From Alphaproteobacteria bacterium (lineage in GTDB: Bacteria > Pseudomonadota > Alphaproteobacteria > GCA-2731375), in contig JAKZRK010000046.1 in assembly GCA_047518225.1 (NCBI GenBank), positions 1-49,381 of the forward strand: a stretch of 49,381 nucleotides of DNA. Direction: 5' to 3'. Positions 47,375 through 49,381 of this stretch are shown piece by piece. A program made the translations under genes and the position numbers. Within the stretch, counting starts at the first letter, position 1, and each line of letters begins with the position of its first letter. The notes beneath the pieces are model-generated. The model saw only the letters and a list, made by a program, of their open reading frames with translations. It did no database searches and was not told the origin of the DNA.

Positions 47375-48838
47375 TCAAGGCGCATGGGCAATCTCCAGCA
47401 TGCGGTCCAGGTCCAGATGGCTTTCCAGATGCGCCGCCAGCCCATCCAGGGTGCTTTCCACCAGGGCGGCAAAATCGACGCTGGTTCTCGCCCGTTGCCG
47501 CAGGCCCGCCAGATAGGCGTGCCGGAAGCCATTGGCGCGGAACAAACCATGCAAATAGCAGCCTTCAACCCGGCCATCGGTGCTGCGCGCGCCGTCTCCT
47601 ACACCGTCCATGGTCAGAAACGGCCGGGCCCGGTCGGGACCCTCGCTGCGGCCCAAATGGATTTCATAGCCCTGTAGGGCTTCGCCGCTTTCGCGGTGAA
47701 CGGCGGCACGCTCGCCTAAACTTTTTTCCACGCCCAGGACCGTCTCAATATCCAGCAAACCCAGGCCGTCCGCCTGGCGCACCGCGCCTTCGATGCCATT
47801 GGGATCGCGGATCGTTTTACCCAGCATCTGATAGCCGCCGCAAATGCCCAGAATTTTCCCGCCGTGCCGATGATGGGCCAGGATGTCGATGTCCCAACCA
47901 TTGCGCCGCAAGAATGCCAGATCGGCGATGCTGGCTTTGCTGCCTGGCAGCAATATCAAGTCCATGTCGCCAGGTATAGCCTGGCCAGGATGGATCAGAC
48001 GCACCTCCACATCGGGTTCGGCATTCAGGGGGTCCAGATCGTCGAAATTGGCGATGCGCGAAAGCTTCGGTACCGCGATCGTGATTGCGCCGCCACCATT
48101 TACACGGGGCTTGTCCAGGGCCACGGCATCCTCCGCCGGCAGATGCACCGCGTCCGGGAAGAACGGCGCGATACCCAAGGCAGGCCAGCTGGTGCGGGCC
48201 GTAATCTCCGTCAATCCGCTGTCAAAAAGGGTGATATCGCCGCGAAACTTGTTGATGATATAGCCTTTGATCCGCGCGCTCGCCGCATCATCAATCACTG
48301 CGTGGGTGCCGACGACGGCGGCAATGACCCCGCCACGGTCGATGTCCGCGACCAATATGACGGGCACATTCGCCGCCGCCGCAAAGCCCATATTGGCGAT
48401 ATCCGTGCCCGGCAGATTAATCTCCGCCGGGCTGCCCGCGCCCTCCACCAGGATCAAGTCCGCGCGCGCCGCGTTAATGGCATGGCTGTCCAACACCTCG
48501 GCCAGCAGGTCCGCCTTCATATGCTGGTATTGCCGCGCATTCGCCGTGCCGCGGACCTGGCCGCGGACAATCACCTGGGCGCCGATATCGCTCTGCGGCT
48601 TTAGCAGGATGGGGTTCATATGAATGCTGGGCCGGGCGCGCGCGGCCATGGCCTGGAGATGCTGGGCCCGGCCGATTTCACCGCCGTCCGCCGCGATGGC
48701 CGCGTTGTTGGACATGTTCTGCGGTTTGAAGGGCCGTACGCACAGCCCGCGGTTGGCATAGGCACGCGCCAGGCCGGCGACCATGAGCGATTTACCCACG
48801 TCCGATCCGGTACCCTGAAACATCAATGCCTTCGCCAT
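47375..48838 (-). CDS. cobQ: Cobyric acid synthase
   Basis: QGTGSDVGKS, PFKPQNMSNN, EGAGSPAEIN, GICGGYQMLG and YLHG motifs. Confidence 0.97.
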   Translation of the reverse strand: MAKALMFQGTGSDVGKSLMVAGLARAYANRGLCVRPFKPQNMSNNAAIAADGGEIGRAQHLQAMAARARPSIHMNPILLKPQSDIGAQVIVRGQVRGTANARQYQHMKADLLAEVLDSHAINAARADLILVEGAGSPAEINLPGTDIANMGFAAAANVPVILVADIDRGGVIAAVVGTHAVIDDAASARIKGYIINKFRGDITLFDSGLTEITARTSWPALGIAPFFPDAVHLPAEDAVALDKPRVNGGGAITIAVPKLSRIANFDDLDPLNAEPDVEVRLIHPGQAIPGDMDLILLPGSKASIADLAFLRRNGWDIDILAHHRHGGKILGICGGYQMLGKTIRDPNGIEGAVRQADGLGLLDIETVLGVEKSLGERAAVHRESGEALQGYEIHLGRSEGPDRARPFLTMDGVGDGARSTDGRVEGCYLHGLFRANGFRHAYLAGLRQRARTSVDFAALVESTLDGLAAHLESHLDLDRMLEIAHAP

Positions 48839-48858
48839 CAATTCGTCCTGTTTGGGGC

Positions 48859-49381
48859 CTAGAACTCAATGCCCTTTTGCGCCTTCACGCCAGAGCGGAA
48901 GGGATGCTTCACCTGGGTCATTTCCGTGACCAGATCGGCCGCCTCGATCAACTCGTCCTTGGCGTTGCGGCCGGTGACGATGACGTGCAGATCCTTGGGC
49001 TTATTGCGCAGGATCTCGACGATTTCAGCCAAGGGCAGGTTGTCGTAGCGCAACACGATGTTCAATTCGTCCAGCAGGATCATATGGAATTCTGGATTGG
49101 GTCCGCGCGACGCCTCGATCATCTGTTTCGATTTCTCCCAGGCCTTGCGCGCGGCGGCGATGTCACGGGCCTTGTCCTGGGTATCCCAGCTAAAGCCTTC
49201 ACCCATCGCGTGGATTTCGATCTGATCGGGGAAGTTTTCCAGGATACTGCGCTCGCCGGTCTCCCATTTGCCTTTCACGAACTGAATTACGCCGACCCGC
49301 ATGCCGTTGCCCATGGCGCGGACGACCAGGCCGAAGGCGGCGGTGGATTTGCCCTTGCCCTTGCCCGTATGGACGATCAGC
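48859..49381 (-). CDS. cobO: Cob(I)yrinic acid a,c-diamide adenosyltransferase, 5' end outside the window
   Basis: The open frame extends past the ORF-track start: LIVHTGKGKGKSTAAFG..RAMG..QFVKG..LDE..TGR..KHPF...KGIEF. Confidence 0.95.
   Translation of the reverse strand, partial: LIVHTGKGKGKSTAAFGLVVRAMGNGMRVGVIQFVKGKWETGERSILENFPDQIEIHAMGEGFSWDTQDKARDIAAARKAWEKSKQMIEASRGPNPEFHMILLDELNIVLRYDNLPLAEIVEILRNKPKDLHVIVTGRNAKDELIEAADLVTEMTQVKHPFRSGVKAQKGIEF

Overview
High-GC alphaproteobacterial chromosome; the popZ, tRNA-Cys-pcm-tolC-popZ-valS and rpoZ-spoT-pyrE-pdxJ-acpS-lepB-rnc-era synteny points to this group. The window opens in the right end of an IS3-family element, followed by a small inverted-repeat element. 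Next come two minus-strand catabolic runs: LLM oxygenase / alpha-beta hydrolase / TauD-family / ChaC / DUF3604-like, and M81 peptidase / LLM / class III aminotransferase / alanine dehydrogenase. These are followed by a FitA-PIN toxin-antitoxin pair, core genes, transporters and catabolic enzymes, and part of a cobalamin cluster (cobO-cobQ, cbiB, cbiX-cobH-cobL-cobI-cbiG/cobJ-cobM). The most striking observation is an 80-bp diverged second copy of the valS 3' end (15337-15416 vs 16602-16681). The two copies bracket a lone Fic gene with no integrase. This looks like a 1.27-kb cassette that swapped in a new C-terminus for an essential tRNA synthetase and brought a cargo gene with a phased TGGGTA array. 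Other notable items: a 263-bp MITE whose end supplies the cobM stop codon, a REP/dRS3-like doublet flanked by IHF-consensus sites, a FitA-type operator, three 5' gene stubs, and a frameshifted MFS gene. All functional calls come from motif recognition by eye, not from database searches.
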